Positions 10,683 through 22,129 of a stretch of 64,000 nt of DNA are shown here, one piece after another (within the stretch, counting starts at the first letter, position 1; every line of letters starts with the position of its first letter). The notes beneath the pieces were generated by a model. The model made no database searches. It was given only the letters and a program-made list of their open reading frames with translations, and was not told the origin of the DNA. Made by a program: the position numbers and the translations under genes. Source of the DNA: an uncultured Gammaproteobacteria bacterium (GTDB lineage: Bacteria > Pseudomonadota > Gammaproteobacteria > Steroidobacterales > Steroidobacteraceae); assembly GCA_963736205.1 (NCBI GenBank), contig CAVTNX010000026.1:2956-66955 (forward strand). Reading direction: 5' to 3'.

Positions 10683-11339
10683 TCAGTCGGTGAGCTTGAA
10701 GGTAACCATGAAGTTGCCGCATGACGCGATGGGCTTGCCGTCTTCCTTCGCAGGCACCAGCTTCCAGTTGCGCTTTGAGTAGCTTGCGGCCGCTTCATCC
10801 AATCGCTCAAAGCCGCTGGACTTGGCAACATTGACGTCGGTGGGGCGTCCGGATTCGTCGACGCAGATGGTCAGCGTCACGGAACCCGCCTCGCCTGCAC
10901 GACGCGACGCAGGCGGATAATCCGGCTGCCCGACCCGCGCCCCCCGGCCCTGCGTCGAAGGCGGCGTGCGAACGACCTTGTGCTCGACCGGCTTCGGCGG
11001 CGGCGGCGGCGCGACCGGCGCAGTAGGCCGCTCGGATGTCACGTTGGTGATCGCGGTGGTCGGTGCCGTGTCTGTCGCGATCTCGATCGAGATCTCAGGT
11101 GGCGGAACGAAAGGCGGCGGCGTATCGATTTCCGGCGGCGGCGGGGGCGGCTTGTCCTCGTCCGGCTTCTCGTCGATGATCTTGGTCTCGACCGGACCCA
11201 TCACGACTTCGACCACTTTGGCGCCGAGGCCGGACGCTAGCACCCAGAAGAACAGGACGTGGATGATGACGACCAGCACGAACGCAAGCGATCGCTTGCT
11301 GTTTCTTGCCGGATCGTCGATTGAATAATCGTACGCCAC
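10683..11339 (-). CDS. tonB: Energy transducer TonB
   Basis: 218 aa, GTG start with a GGAGG SD. N-terminal anchor, Pro-rich spacer (KPPPPPPEIDTPPPFVPPPE, PPPPPKP), and a TonB C-terminal domain (GSVTLTICVDESGRPTDVNVAKSSG). Confidence 0.85.
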   Translation of the reverse strand: MAYDYSIDDPARNSKRSLAFVLVVIIHVLFFWVLASGLGAKVVEVVMGPVETKIIDEKPDEDKPPPPPPEIDTPPPFVPPPEISIEIATDTAPTTAITNVTSERPTAPVAPPPPPKPVEHKVVRTPPSTQGRGARVGQPDYPPASRRAGEAGSVTLTICVDESGRPTDVNVAKSSGFERLDEAAASYSKRNWKLVPAKEDGKPIASCGNFMVTFKLTD

Positions 11340-11512
11340 GTCCCCTCCGCTGCTGTGGGACTACTTTCGCCAATGCTTCAGGGGCATTTCGGCGGGTGCC
11401 CAGCCCGGACCCGCGACACTACAAGAGCCGGTCCCCGGTCGCAACCCCGGGAAACTCGACGCACTCTACCCGCCCCAATTTGCCAACTCAACGGTCTTGC
11501 GCAGGTACAGGC

Positions 11513-13219
11513 TCACTTCGTCGCCCGGCGCGTCCCGAGACCGCGATCGGTCACGGCGCCAAGCGATGCGCTGCTCACCAGCGCCGCGTACTTGGCCAAT
11601 ACGCCGCGCTCCGAATAAGGCTTTGGCGCCACCCATTCCTGCTTCCTGCGCGCGAGTTCGGCGGCGGGTACCGCCAGCGAAATCGCGCTTCGGGATGCGT
11701 CGATACGGATCGCATCGCCATCCCTGACCAGGGACAAAGGGCCGCCGACCGCGGCCTCGGGCGAAACGTGCCCGACGACGAAACCATGGCTGCCGCCCGA
11801 GAAACGCCCGTCTGTAACCAGCGCGACCTTGTCGCCCAGCCCCTTGCCCATGATTGCGGCGGTGGGACTCAGCATTTCGCGCATTCCCGGGCCGCCGCGA
11901 GGTCCCTCGTATCGCACCACGAGGACGTCGCCTGCAACCACCGTGCCATCGAGAATCGCCTGCAGCGCCGCCTCCTCGCCATCGAACACGCGCGCGCGGC
12001 CCTCGAACAGCAGGCCTTCCTTTCCGGTGATCTTGGCAACCGCGCCTTCCGGCGCGAGGTTGCCATAGAGGACAACAAGGTGGCTCTCGGGCTTGATCGG
12101 GTTTGCCAGTGGCCGGACGATGTCCTGCGTCGCGGGGTACGGTTTCACGCGCCTAAGGTTCTGCGCGAGCGTCTTCCCGGTCACGGTCAGGCAGTCACCG
12201 TGCAGCAGGCCCGCGGACAGCAATTCCTTCATCAGCGGCTGGATGCCGCCGACCCGGATCAGCTCGGACATCGAGTAACGCCCGCTCGGTCGCAGGTCAG
12301 CCAGCACCGGAACGCGCGAGCCGATACGCGTGAAATCGTCGAGCTCGAGCGGTACGCCGGCGTCGTGCGCGATCGCAAGCAGGTGCAGCACCGCGTTGGT
12401 GGATCCCGCCAGCGCGATTGTCACGACGATGGCGTTTTCGAAGGACTCGCGACACAGGATGTCGGATGGCCGGATTCCTCGTCGCAACAGGCTGACCACA
12501 GCGCGCCCCGCGCTCTGGGCATCCAGGCGCTTGTTGCGCGAGACGGCCTCCTGCGCGGAACTGTTGGCGAGACTCATTCCAAGGGCCTCGATGGCAGAGG
12601 CCATGGTATTCGCGGTGTACATCCCGCCGCAGCTGCCCGCGCCGGGGATCGCGGTGCGCTCGACCTCGCGCAATTGCCGGTCCGTAATCGCGCCCCGGGC
12701 GTGGGCGCCGACGGCCTCGAATACCGACACGATGTCGCGGCGCTTGGCGCCCGGCCGGATCGTGCCGCCGTAGACGAACACGGCCGGACGGTCGAGTCGC
12801 GCGATCGCCATCATGCAGCCGGGCATGTTCTTGTCGCAGCCGCCGATCGCGACGATGCCGTCGAATCCCTGCGCACCGACCACCGTTTCTATCGAGTCGG
12901 CGATCACTTCGCGCGACACCAGCGAGTAGCGCATGCCAGGCGTGCCCATCGAGATGCCATCCGACACCGTGATGGTGCCGAACACCGTGCTCTTGCCGCC
13001 GGCTGCATCCACGCCGCCGGCCGCCGCATCGGCCAGCTTGTCGATGTGCATGTTGCACGGCGTCAGGTCGCTCCAGGTGGACGCGATACCGACCTGGGGC
13101 CGGCGGAAATCGCGATCGGTATAACCAACTGCGCGCAGCATCGCGCGACTCGGCGTCTGCTTCACGCCGTCGAACACCAGCTTGGAATTGGCGCGCGGAT
13201 CGACCTTGCGTCGGGTCAT
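11513..13219 (-). CDS. ilvD: Dihydroxy-acid dehydratase
   Basis: 568 aa. [23 protein letters not shown] and [11 protein letters not shown] motifs. Confidence 0.95.
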   Translation of the reverse strand: MTRRKVDPRANSKLVFDGVKQTPSRAMLRAVGYTDRDFRRPQVGIASTWSDLTPCNMHIDKLADAAAGGVDAAGGKSTVFGTITVSDGISMGTPGMRYSLVSREVIADSIETVVGAQGFDGIVAIGGCDKNMPGCMMAIARLDRPAVFVYGGTIRPGAKRRDIVSVFEAVGAHARGAITDRQLREVERTAIPGAGSCGGMYTANTMASAIEALGMSLANSSAQEAVSRNKRLDAQSAGRAVVSLLRRGIRPSDILCRESFENAIVVTIALAGSTNAVLHLLAIAHDAGVPLELDDFTRIGSRVPVLADLRPSGRYSMSELIRVGGIQPLMKELLSAGLLHGDCLTVTGKTLAQNLRRVKPYPATQDIVRPLANPIKPESHLVVLYGNLAPEGAVAKITGKEGLLFEGRARVFDGEEAALQAILDGTVVAGDVLVVRYEGPRGGPGMREMLSPTAAIMGKGLGDKVALVTDGRFSGGSHGFVVGHVSPEAAVGGPLSLVRDGDAIRIDASRSAISLAVPAAELARRKQEWVAPKPYSERGVLAKYAALVSSASLGAVTDRGLGTRRATK

Positions 13220-13255
13220 GCGTGGACTCCTGAGGGTTGCAATATTGTGCGGCTG

Positions 13256-14647
13256 TCAGCCGTAGCGTTCGACCAGCAACGCGTACAGGGCACGCACCGC
13301 CTGCGGCTCGGCCCCGATCGGCCGGCCCGGACGATCCTTGCCGTTCCACGCATAAAGGTCGATGTGCAGCCAGTCGCGCGCCTCGGTCACGAAGCGACGC
13401 AGGAACAGTCCGGCGATGATGGATCCCGCGAACGGCGACGCAGATACATTGTTGATGTCGCCGACCCGGCTCGCGAACTCATCCTCGTAGCCGTCCCAGA
13501 GCGGCATCGGCCAGAGCGGGTCGCCGAGTTGCCTGCCATGGCGCACCAGCGCCTCCACGGTTTCCGCACGGCTGCCGAACAGCGCCGGCAGTTCGGGGCC
13601 GAGCGCGACCCGCGCCGAGCCGGTCAGCGTCGCGAGGTCCACCAGCAGGTCCGGCTTCTCGACATCGGCCGCCGCAAGAGCGTCGCAGAGCACCAGCCTG
13701 CCCTCGGCATCCGTGTTGCCAATTTCCACGGTCAAGCCCTTGCGCGTCGCGATCACGTCACCGGGCCGGTAGGCGCCGCCCGAGATCGCGTTCTCGACCG
13801 CTGGCAACAGGACCCGCAGCCGGACCGGCAGCGAACTCTCCATCACCAGGCGGGCAAGTGCGAGCACGCAGGCCGCGCCGCCCATGTCTTTCTTCATCAG
13901 CAGCATGCCCGGCGCGGCCTTGATGTCCAGTCCGCCCGAATCGAAGCACACGCCCTTGCCGACCAGCGTCACGCGCGGCGCGCCGGGATCGCCCCAGTGA
14001 AAATCCACCAGCCTCGGTGCCGACTCCGCGGCCCGACCCACCGCGTGAATGGCCGGATAGCCCTCGCGCAGCGCATCTCCCGCGACGACGTGCCCGTGCG
14101 CACCGCACCGAGTCGCCATCTCCAGCGCCTGCTCGGCCAGGCGCTGCGGCGTCAGGTCGCAGGCTGGCGTATTGATCAGGTCACGAGCCATCGCCAGCGC
14201 CGCGGATACACGGCGTACCTGCACCATCTCGGCCAGTTGCGGCGGAACCAGCGCGGCGAGCGGTTTCTCCGCTGGAGCCGGCTTTCGATAGCGTTCGAAC
14301 CGATACGATCCGTAGGCCCAGCCGATCGCGGCCGCGGTCGCCGCAGCTGCCGGCAGCGGCGTCTCGATCCGCCAGGCGCCGGGAGGCAACCGCGCAGGGG
14401 CACCCGCCACGTGCAATGGCTCGATTGATTCGAGGCCCTGGAGCTTGCCGAGGCCCAACAGCGCCATACGAATCGAACCGTCCGCGGCCGGTACCACCGC
14501 GACCTGATGGCGTTCTGCCGTGAAGCGCATGGAGGCGAGCCATGCCCGGGTCGCCGCGTCCTGCGCATGCAGCAAGGACCCGAGGCCTGCCTCGGTCACC
14601 AGCAGGAGCGGCCTTGCGGCCGACGTGTCGTGTTCTTCAAACATCAT
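13256..14647 (-). CDS. M17-family leucyl aminopeptidase
   Basis: 463 aa. VGKGVCFDSGGLDIK, MKKDMGGAA and NTDAEGRLVLCD metal-site motifs. Confidence 0.85.
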   Translation of the reverse strand: MMFEEHDTSAARPLLLVTEAGLGSLLHAQDAATRAWLASMRFTAERHQVAVVPAADGSIRMALLGLGKLQGLESIEPLHVAGAPARLPPGAWRIETPLPAAAATAAAIGWAYGSYRFERYRKPAPAEKPLAALVPPQLAEMVQVRRVSAALAMARDLINTPACDLTPQRLAEQALEMATRCGAHGHVVAGDALREGYPAIHAVGRAAESAPRLVDFHWGDPGAPRVTLVGKGVCFDSGGLDIKAAPGMLLMKKDMGGAACVLALARLVMESSLPVRLRVLLPAVENAISGGAYRPGDVIATRKGLTVEIGNTDAEGRLVLCDALAAADVEKPDLLVDLATLTGSARVALGPELPALFGSRAETVEALVRHGRQLGDPLWPMPLWDGYEDEFASRVGDINNVSASPFAGSIIAGLFLRRFVTEARDWLHIDLYAWNGKDRPGRPIGAEPQAVRALYALLVERYG

Positions 14648-14775
14648 GCCGACAGCTTATAGCGGAACTCAGCGGAACTTCTTTTTGCAGTGCGGTTGAC
14701 AATGTCCGGCACCCTGTGCTGCTATTCATGGCCCGAAATCACGGCTCGGATCGGTTCTTCCCAGGCAGGCTAACG

Positions 14776-14889
14776 ATGGACCTCGAGGCTTCGACCGCTC
14801 GCACGCTCGAAACGGCTCCCCGGCTGCCGGGCCTGCTGCTTGGGCTGCTCGTCCTGCTTCCCCACCGGAGGTGCGGGGCCCCGGGCTGA
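14776..14889 (+). promoter_or_regulatory. Candidate Leu-rich leader peptide ORF of the ilvC-leu operon
   Basis: The 37-codon ORF MDLEASTARTLETAPRLPGLLLGLLVLLPHRRCGAPG has 8 Leu and 1 Val in the 12 codons at 14824-14859. It lies immediately 5' of a terminator hairpin and ilvC. Confidence 0.5.
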
Positions 14890-14917
14890 AAGCGCAAAGG
14901 CGCAGACGGATACCAGG

Positions 14918-14957
14918 AACCCCGCACCGGACATGATCCGGGCGGGGTTCTTCATTT
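14918..14957 (+). terminator. Attenuator (intrinsic terminator) upstream of ilvC
   Basis: AACCCCGCaCCGGA-catga-TCCGGGCGGGGTT followed by cttcattt. The left arm can alternatively pair with CCGGagGTGCGGGG at 14865-14878 at the end of the leader ORF, acting as an antiterminator. Confidence 0.55.
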
Positions 14958-14998
14958 GGACATGCAACATCATCTGACTGTCTCTCGAGGAGTTTAAA

Positions 14999-15985
14999 AT
15001 GCGCGCGTACTCGAAAAAAGACGTGAACAAGAAGGTGCTCAAGGGCGCCCGGATCGCCGTGGTCGGTTACGGCAGCCAGGGTCGCGCGCACGCGCTGAAC
15101 CTCAAGGACTCCGGTTACGACGTCGTGGTCGGTGTCCGCAAGGGCGACAGCTGGAAAAAGGCCAAGAGAGACGGCCTGACCGTCAAGACGCCGGCGGAAG
15201 CGGTCAAGGGCGCAGCACTGGTCGCCCTGCTGACACCCGACACGACCCAGGCGGAGAACTACAAGGAGATCCTGCCGAAGCTCGACAAGGGCGCAACCCT
15301 GCTGTTCGCGCACGGCTTCAACGTCCACTTCGGCCAGATCAAGCCGCGCAAGGACCTCGACGTGGTGCTGATAGCGCCCAAGGGTCCCGGCGACCTGGTG
15401 CGCCGCCAGTACCAGCAGGGGCGCGGCGTTCCCTGCCTGATCGCAGTTGCGCAGAATGCTTCGGGCGACGCGAAAGCCAAGGCGCTCGCCTACGCAGATG
15501 GCATCGGCGGCACGCGGGCCGGCGTCATCGAGACCACGTTCAAGGAGGAGACCGAGACCGATCTGTTCGGCGAGCAGGCGGTGCTCTGCGGTGGCGCGAC
15601 CGAACTGGTGCTGAAGGGCTTCGAGACCCTGGTCGAAGCCGGCTACCAGCCGGAGGTCGCCTATTACGAGTGCCTGCACGAACTGAAACTGATCGTCGAC
15701 CTGCTGCACGAGGGCGGCCTCGCCAAGATGCACCGGTACATCTCGCACACCGCCAAGTGGGGCGACCTGACGCGCGGCCCGCGGGTCGTCAACAAGGCGA
15801 CCAAGAAGGAAATGAAGAAGATCCTGGCGGAAATCCAGGACGGCTCGTTCGCGCGGGCCTGGATCCGCGAGAACAAGACCGGACGCCGGAAGTACGACTC
15901 GCTGATGAAGAAGGACCTTGCCCACCCGATCGAGAAAGTGGGCGTGAAACTGCGCGCACGCATGCCCTGGTTGAACGAGGGCTGA
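14999..15985 (+). CDS. ilvC: Ketol-acid reductoisomerase (class I)
   Basis: 328 aa. [21 protein letters not shown]-binding motif and a GAGGAG SD upstream. Confidence 0.95.
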   Translation: MRAYSKKDVNKKVLKGARIAVVGYGSQGRAHALNLKDSGYDVVVGVRKGDSWKKAKRDGLTVKTPAEAVKGAALVALLTPDTTQAENYKEILPKLDKGATLLFAHGFNVHFGQIKPRKDLDVVLIAPKGPGDLVRRQYQQGRGVPCLIAVAQNASGDAKAKALAYADGIGGTRAGVIETTFKEETETDLFGEQAVLCGGATELVLKGFETLVEAGYQPEVAYYECLHELKLIVDLLHEGGLAKMHRYISHTAKWGDLTRGPRVVNKATKKEMKKILAEIQDGSFARAWIRENKTGRRKYDSLMKKDLAHPIEKVGVKLRARMPWLNEG

Positions 15986-15996
15986 AGGAGGACCCC

Positions 15997-17586
<1,590 letters not shown>

Positions 17587-17609
17587 CCGAGTCGGCCATC
17601 GGAGCCAGA

Positions 17610-19013
17610 ATGACCGCGAAGACCCTGTTCGAGAAGGTCTGGGAGCGGCACGAAGTCGTGCCGGAGACTCCCGACACGCCGGCCGTGCTGTACATCGACC
17701 TGCACCTGACGCACGAAGTCACCTCGCCCCAGGCGTTCTCGGTGCTGCGCGGCAGGAGCCTCAAGGTACGGCGTCCGGATCGAACCCTTGTGACCATGGA
17801 CCACTCGACGCCAACCGAGACCTCCCAGGTATTTGGTGGCGTGCCGATCGCGCTCGAGTCCGCGGCGAAGCAGGTCCGCCAGCTGGAAATCAACTGCGCG
17901 GAATTCGGGCTCGACCTGATCGGCCTGCGCGACGAACGGCGCGGCATCGTGCACGTCATCGGCCCCGAACTTGGCGCGACGCAACCCGGCAAGACCATCG
18001 TGTGCGGCGACAGCCACACCAGCACGCACGGTGCGTTCGGCGCGCTCGCGTTTGGCATAGGTACGACGGAGGTTGGCTACGTGCTCGCGACGCAGTGCCT
18101 GCTGCAGCGCAAGCCCAGGACACTGGCGATCGAATTTGCCGGCCGGCTCGGCCCGGGCGTGACGGCCAAGGACCTGGTGCTCGCGGTCATCGGGCAGATC
18201 GGCGTGAACGGCGGCACCGGCCACGTGATCGAATTTCGCGGACCGGCCATCGAGGCGATGTCGATGGACGAACGCATGACGATCTGCAACATGTCCATCG
18301 AGGCCGGCGCACGGGCCGGCATGGTCGCCCCGGACGAAACCACGTTCACGTACCTGAAAGGCCGTCCGCGCGCCCCGCAGGGAGAGGACTGGAATCGGGC
18401 GATCGCCGACTGGCGCACGCTCAAGTCGGATCCTGGCGCGGTCTTCGACCGCACCGTGCACATCGATGCCGGGGCGATCGAGCCCATGATCACCTACGGG
18501 ACCAATCCCGGCATGGTGGTGCCGGTTTCCGGCCGGGTACCGGACCGTCCGGGCGATGCCGTGTTCGCTCGCGCGCTTTCCTACATGGGCCTCGAGCCGG
18601 GCCAGTCGCTGCGCGACCGGCCGGTCCAGGTCGTGTTCATCGGCAGCTGCACCAATGCAAGGCTGTCGGACCTCGAGCTCGCCGCCCGTGTACTCGCCGG
18701 ACACAAGGTCGCACCGGGCGTGCGGGCGCTGGTGGTGCCCGGGTCGCAGCAGATCAAGCGCGAGGCCGAGGCGCTGGGGCTCGCGAAAATCTTCACCGAT
18801 GCCGGCGCGGAATGGCGCGAATCGGGCTGCTCGATGTGCCTTGGCATGAACGGCGATACCGTTGACCCCGGTCTTTATTGCGTCAGCACCAGCAACCGCA
18901 ACTTCGAGGGACGCCAGGGCGCGGGTTCACGCACCCTGCTCGCAAGCCCGGCGACGGCCGCAGCAGCGGCGATCCGGGGCCGCGTCACCGACCCGCGCGA
19001 ATTCATTCACTGA
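17610..19013 (+). CDS. leuC: 3-isopropylmalate dehydratase large subunit
   Basis: 467 aa, aconitase-type. [40 protein letters not shown]. Confidence 0.95.
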   Translation: MTAKTLFEKVWERHEVVPETPDTPAVLYIDLHLTHEVTSPQAFSVLRGRSLKVRRPDRTLVTMDHSTPTETSQVFGGVPIALESAAKQVRQLEINCAEFGLDLIGLRDERRGIVHVIGPELGATQPGKTIVCGDSHTSTHGAFGALAFGIGTTEVGYVLATQCLLQRKPRTLAIEFAGRLGPGVTAKDLVLAVIGQIGVNGGTGHVIEFRGPAIEAMSMDERMTICNMSIEAGARAGMVAPDETTFTYLKGRPRAPQGEDWNRAIADWRTLKSDPGAVFDRTVHIDAGAIEPMITYGTNPGMVVPVSGRVPDRPGDAVFARALSYMGLEPGQSLRDRPVQVVFIGSCTNARLSDLELAARVLAGHKVAPGVRALVVPGSQQIKREAEALGLAKIFTDAGAEWRESGCSMCLGMNGDTVDPGLYCVSTSNRNFEGRQGAGSRTLLASPATAAAAAIRGRVTDPREFIH

Positions 19014-19019
19014 GGCCAC

Positions 19020-19595
19020 ATGGATCCGATCAAAGTCATCCGTTCGCGGACGGTCGTGATGTCGTCCACCAACATCGACACCGACCAGATCATCCCGGCG
19101 CGATACCTCACCACGACCACGCGCGAAGGGCTCGGCGCCGCGTTGTTCGCGGACCTGCGCAACGGTCCCGATGGCTCCCCGCGGCCGGACTTCGTGCTGA
19201 ACCGCCCCGAGTCGCGCGGTTGCCGGATCCTGGTGGCCGGCCGCAACATTGGCTGCGGCTCGTCGCGCGAGCACGCGCCGTGGGCCCTGCTCGACTTCGG
19301 CTTCCAGGCGGTCATCAGCACCGAGATCGCGGACATTTTCCGCAGCAACAGCCTGAAGAACGGCCTGTTGCCGATCGTCGTGGACGAAGCTATCCACCAG
19401 TGGCTGCTGGACAACCCGGGAGCCCTGGTCGAGATCGACCTGCCCGCCTCGGTCCTGCGGCTTCCCGACGGCAGGCAGACAGCCTTTCCGATCGAGCCAT
19501 TTGCCCGCTACTGCCTGATGAACGGTGTCGATGAACTCGGCTACCTGCTCGGCCAGGCCAGCGCGATTGCTGCCTACGAGAGCCAGCACACATGA
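19020..19595 (+). CDS. leuD: 3-isopropylmalate dehydratase small subunit
   Basis: 191 aa. [17 protein letters not shown] motif. Confidence 0.95.
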   Translation: MDPIKVIRSRTVVMSSTNIDTDQIIPARYLTTTTREGLGAALFADLRNGPDGSPRPDFVLNRPESRGCRILVAGRNIGCGSSREHAPWALLDFGFQAVISTEIADIFRSNSLKNGLLPIVVDEAIHQWLLDNPGALVEIDLPASVLRLPDGRQTAFPIEPFARYCLMNGVDELGYLLGQASAIAAYESQHT

Positions 19596-20662
19596 AAGCG
19601 CGCATCACGGTGCTCGCCGGCGACGGCATCGGCCCGGAAGTCACGACAGCGGCGGTGCGCGTACTCGAATCAGTGGCAGGCGCATTCGGTCACGAGTTCG
19701 AGTTTGTCGATGCCCTGATCGGCGGGGCCGCGATCGATGCTAGCGGCTCGCCGCTGCCGCCGCGCACCGTGGACGCCTGCCGCAGCTGCGATGCCGTGCT
19801 GCTCGGCGCCGTGGGCGGACCCAAGTGGTCGGACCCAGCGGCCCGGGTCCGGCCCGAGCAGGGTCTGCTGGAGCTGCGCCGGACACTGGGGCTGTTCGCC
19901 AACCTGCGCCCTGTGCGGACGCTGGAGTCGGTGCTCGACGTCTCGCCGTTGAAGGCGGAAGTCATCACGGGCGTCGACATCATGGTCGTGCGCGAACTCA
20001 CGGGCGGGATCTATTTCGGCCGCAAGAGCCGCACCGCCCTGGAGGCCGAGGACGTCTGTTCCTATTCCGCAAACGAGATCGAACGGGTAACCCGCACGGC
20101 CGGCCGCCTGGCCATGCAGCGCAAGCGCCGCATCGTCTCCGTCGACAAGGCGAACGTGCTGGAGACTTCGCGGCTGTGGCGCTCGGTCGTGGAGCGCGTG
20201 ATATCGGAGGAGTTTCCCGACGTATCGCTTGAGCACATGCTGGTCGATGCCGCGGCCATGCACCTGCTGCTTCGACCGACCTCGTTCGACGTGCTTCTGA
20301 CCGAGAACATGTTCGGCGACATCCTGACCGACGAGGCGTCGATGCTGGCAGGGTCGCTCGGGCTGCTTCCCTCTGCGTCGCTCGGGGACGGAACAGTCGG
20401 CCTCTACGAACCGATCCACGGATCGGCGCCGGACATCGCGGGTCGAGGCATCGCAAATCCCTGCGGCGCGATCCTGAGCAGCGCGATGCTGCTGCGTCAC
20501 TCACTCGGTCTCGAGCGCGAGGCGGCGACGGTAGAGGCTGCGGTAGAGTCGACCCTGTCCGCGGGGCTGCGGACCGCCGACATCGCCCCCAGGGGACAGG
20601 CGTCAATCGGCACCGAAGCGGCCGCTGACGCGATAATTGAGCGAATTTTAACGGCACATTAA
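19592..20662 (+). CDS. leuB: 3-isopropylmalate dehydrogenase
   Basis: 356 aa overlapping leuD by 4 nt. [44 protein letters not shown]. Confidence 0.95.
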   Translation: MKARITVLAGDGIGPEVTTAAVRVLESVAGAFGHEFEFVDALIGGAAIDASGSPLPPRTVDACRSCDAVLLGAVGGPKWSDPAARVRPEQGLLELRRTLGLFANLRPVRTLESVLDVSPLKAEVITGVDIMVVRELTGGIYFGRKSRTALEAEDVCSYSANEIERVTRTAGRLAMQRKRRIVSVDKANVLETSRLWRSVVERVISEEFPDVSLEHMLVDAAAMHLLLRPTSFDVLLTENMFGDILTDEASMLAGSLGLLPSASLGDGTVGLYEPIHGSAPDIAGRGIANPCGAILSSAMLLRHSLGLEREAATVEAAVESTLSAGLRTADIAPRGQASIGTEAAADAIIERILTAH

Positions 20663-20783
20663 CCCTTTACAAAACAATATCTTACGAGATTATCAACAGA
20701 AGATGGATAAAGATTCCGGCTCCGCACGGCGCTGACTGGAAAACCATGTGCAAGCCCCGGAAAACCGGAGCTATACTGCGCGT

Positions 20784-20935
20784 CCGCAGACGGCTCCGAC
20801 CGACCGAACCGCCGGACAGAGTCGCCAGAACATCGATCGTGTAGGACTTGAGTCGGGTTAGTCATTGCCTCAAGGACTGAGGCACTCTTGTCCTGTCGCG
20901 AAAGGCCGGCATCACTGCCGGCCTTTCTTTTTTTT
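20784..20935 (+). ncRNA. Candidate small RNA or structured leuB 3'UTR ending at a strong intrinsic terminator
   Basis: TATACT -10-like hexamer at 20772-20777 with only a weak -35. Internal hairpin GCCTCA-aggac-TGAGGC. The terminator at 20900-20935 defines the 3' end. No plausible ORF. The 5' end is a guess. Confidence 0.3.
20900..20935 (+). terminator. Rho-independent terminator
   Basis: GAAAGGCCGGC-atcact-GCCGGCCTTTC followed by TTTTTTTT. The T-run is on the + strand only. Confidence 0.8.
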
Positions 20936-20961
20936 GGCATCCCCAGGATTGCCCGCGGCGT

Positions 20962-22128
20962 TCAACCGGCGCGGCCCGCAGCTGCCAGTCCCTTCTCCAG
21001 GTCGGCAACCAGGTCCGCACCTTCCTCGATGCCGATCGAAAGCCTGAGCAGGGTCTCCGAGATACCGGCACGCTCGCGCGCCACCGCGTCCATTGCCGCG
21101 TGCGTCATGCTGGCCGGGTGCGCGACCAGGCTTTCCACTCCGCCCAGCGACTCGGCGAGTGAAAACAACTCGAGCGAGCCAAGCAGCGCCTTGACGTTGT
21201 CGACCGTGCCCTTCAACTCGAAACTCGCCATCGCGCCATATCCGCCCTGCTGGGCGCTGGCGATCGCGTGTCCAGGGTGCGACTCGAGCCCCGGATAGTA
21301 GACCTTCGATACCGCCGGGTGGCGGGACAGCAGTTCGACGACCTGCGCGGTGTTCTCGCCGTGGGCGCGCATGCGGGCATGCAGGGTGCGCATCCCGCGC
21401 AGCGTCAGGTAGCTGTCGAACGGAGCGCCTGTCACGCCGGTGCAGTTGGCCCACCACGCGAGTTGCTCGTGCAGATCCCGCCGGGCCGCGACGACGGCGC
21501 CGCCGACCACGTCGCTGTGGCCGTTCAGGTACTTGGTGGTCGAGTGCACGACCACGTCGGCGCCGAGTGCGATCGGCCTCTGCCACACCGGGGAAAGGAA
21601 CGTATTGTCTGCGACCACCAGCGCGCCGGCGTCGTGCGCTGCGGAGGCTGCAGCGGCCAGGTCCACGATCCTGAGCAGCGGATTGCTGGGCGTCTCGATC
21701 CAGACGAGCGCCGGCCCGGACCCCAGTGCGTCCTGCAGCACAACTGCATCCTGGAAATCGACGAACCGCACGTCCAGCGAGCCGCGCTCGCGGAGCGCGT
21801 TGAAGAGCCGGTAGGTGCCGCCGTAGCAATCATGCGGAACCACCGCCACCTGGCCGGGCCGGAACAGCTGGGTAACCAGCGAGACCGCAGCCATCCCCGA
21901 GGAGGTGACGACCGCGCCCGCCCCTCCCTCCAGGTCGGCAAGCGCATCGGCAAGCGCGTCGCGCGTCGGGTTGCCGGACCGCGAGTAGTCGTAGGCGCGC
22001 TTCTCGCCGAAGCCCGCGAACGCGAACGTGGACGTCAGGTGGATCGGCGGCACCACGGCCCCGAACTGCGTATCGGATTCCAGCGCCGCGCGCACCGTGC
22101 GGGTCTTCTGCGTCGTTTTTTTGCTCAT
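20962..22128 (-). CDS. metB: Cystathionine gamma-synthase / O-succinylhomoserine (thiol)-lyase family PLP enzyme
   Basis: 388 aa. YSRSGNPTR and HSTTKYLNGHSDVVGG (PLP lysine) motifs. Starts 1 nt after the metX stop. Confidence 0.85.
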   Translation of the reverse strand: MSKKTTQKTRTVRAALESDTQFGAVVPPIHLTSTFAFAGFGEKRAYDYSRSGNPTRDALADALADLEGGAGAVVTSSGMAAVSLVTQLFRPGQVAVVPHDCYGGTYRLFNALRERGSLDVRFVDFQDAVVLQDALGSGPALVWIETPSNPLLRIVDLAAAASAAHDAGALVVADNTFLSPVWQRPIALGADVVVHSTTKYLNGHSDVVGGAVVAARRDLHEQLAWWANCTGVTGAPFDSYLTLRGMRTLHARMRAHGENTAQVVELLSRHPAVSKVYYPGLESHPGHAIASAQQGGYGAMASFELKGTVDNVKALLGSLELFSLAESLGGVESLVAHPASMTHAAMDAVARERAGISETLLRLSIGIEEGADLVADLEKGLAAAGRAG

Positions 22129-22129
22129 T

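Noticed and set aside
11340-11512. Fur box upstream of tonB
   Set aside because: No AT-rich GATAATGATAATCATTATC-like sequence is present in the GC-rich spacer.
11306-14428. 1040-aa ORF on the + strand
   Set aside because: It lies entirely antisense to ilvD and the M17 peptidase, both of which have unambiguous family motifs. The translation is Arg/Ala/Gly/His-rich low-complexity sequence typical of shadow ORFs in high-GC DNA.
20659-20940. 93-aa minus-strand ORF and the 60-aa and 136-aa plus-strand ORFs in the leuB-metB spacer
   Set aside because: They have no SD or family resemblance, and they span a terminator hairpin. The region is better explained as non-coding.
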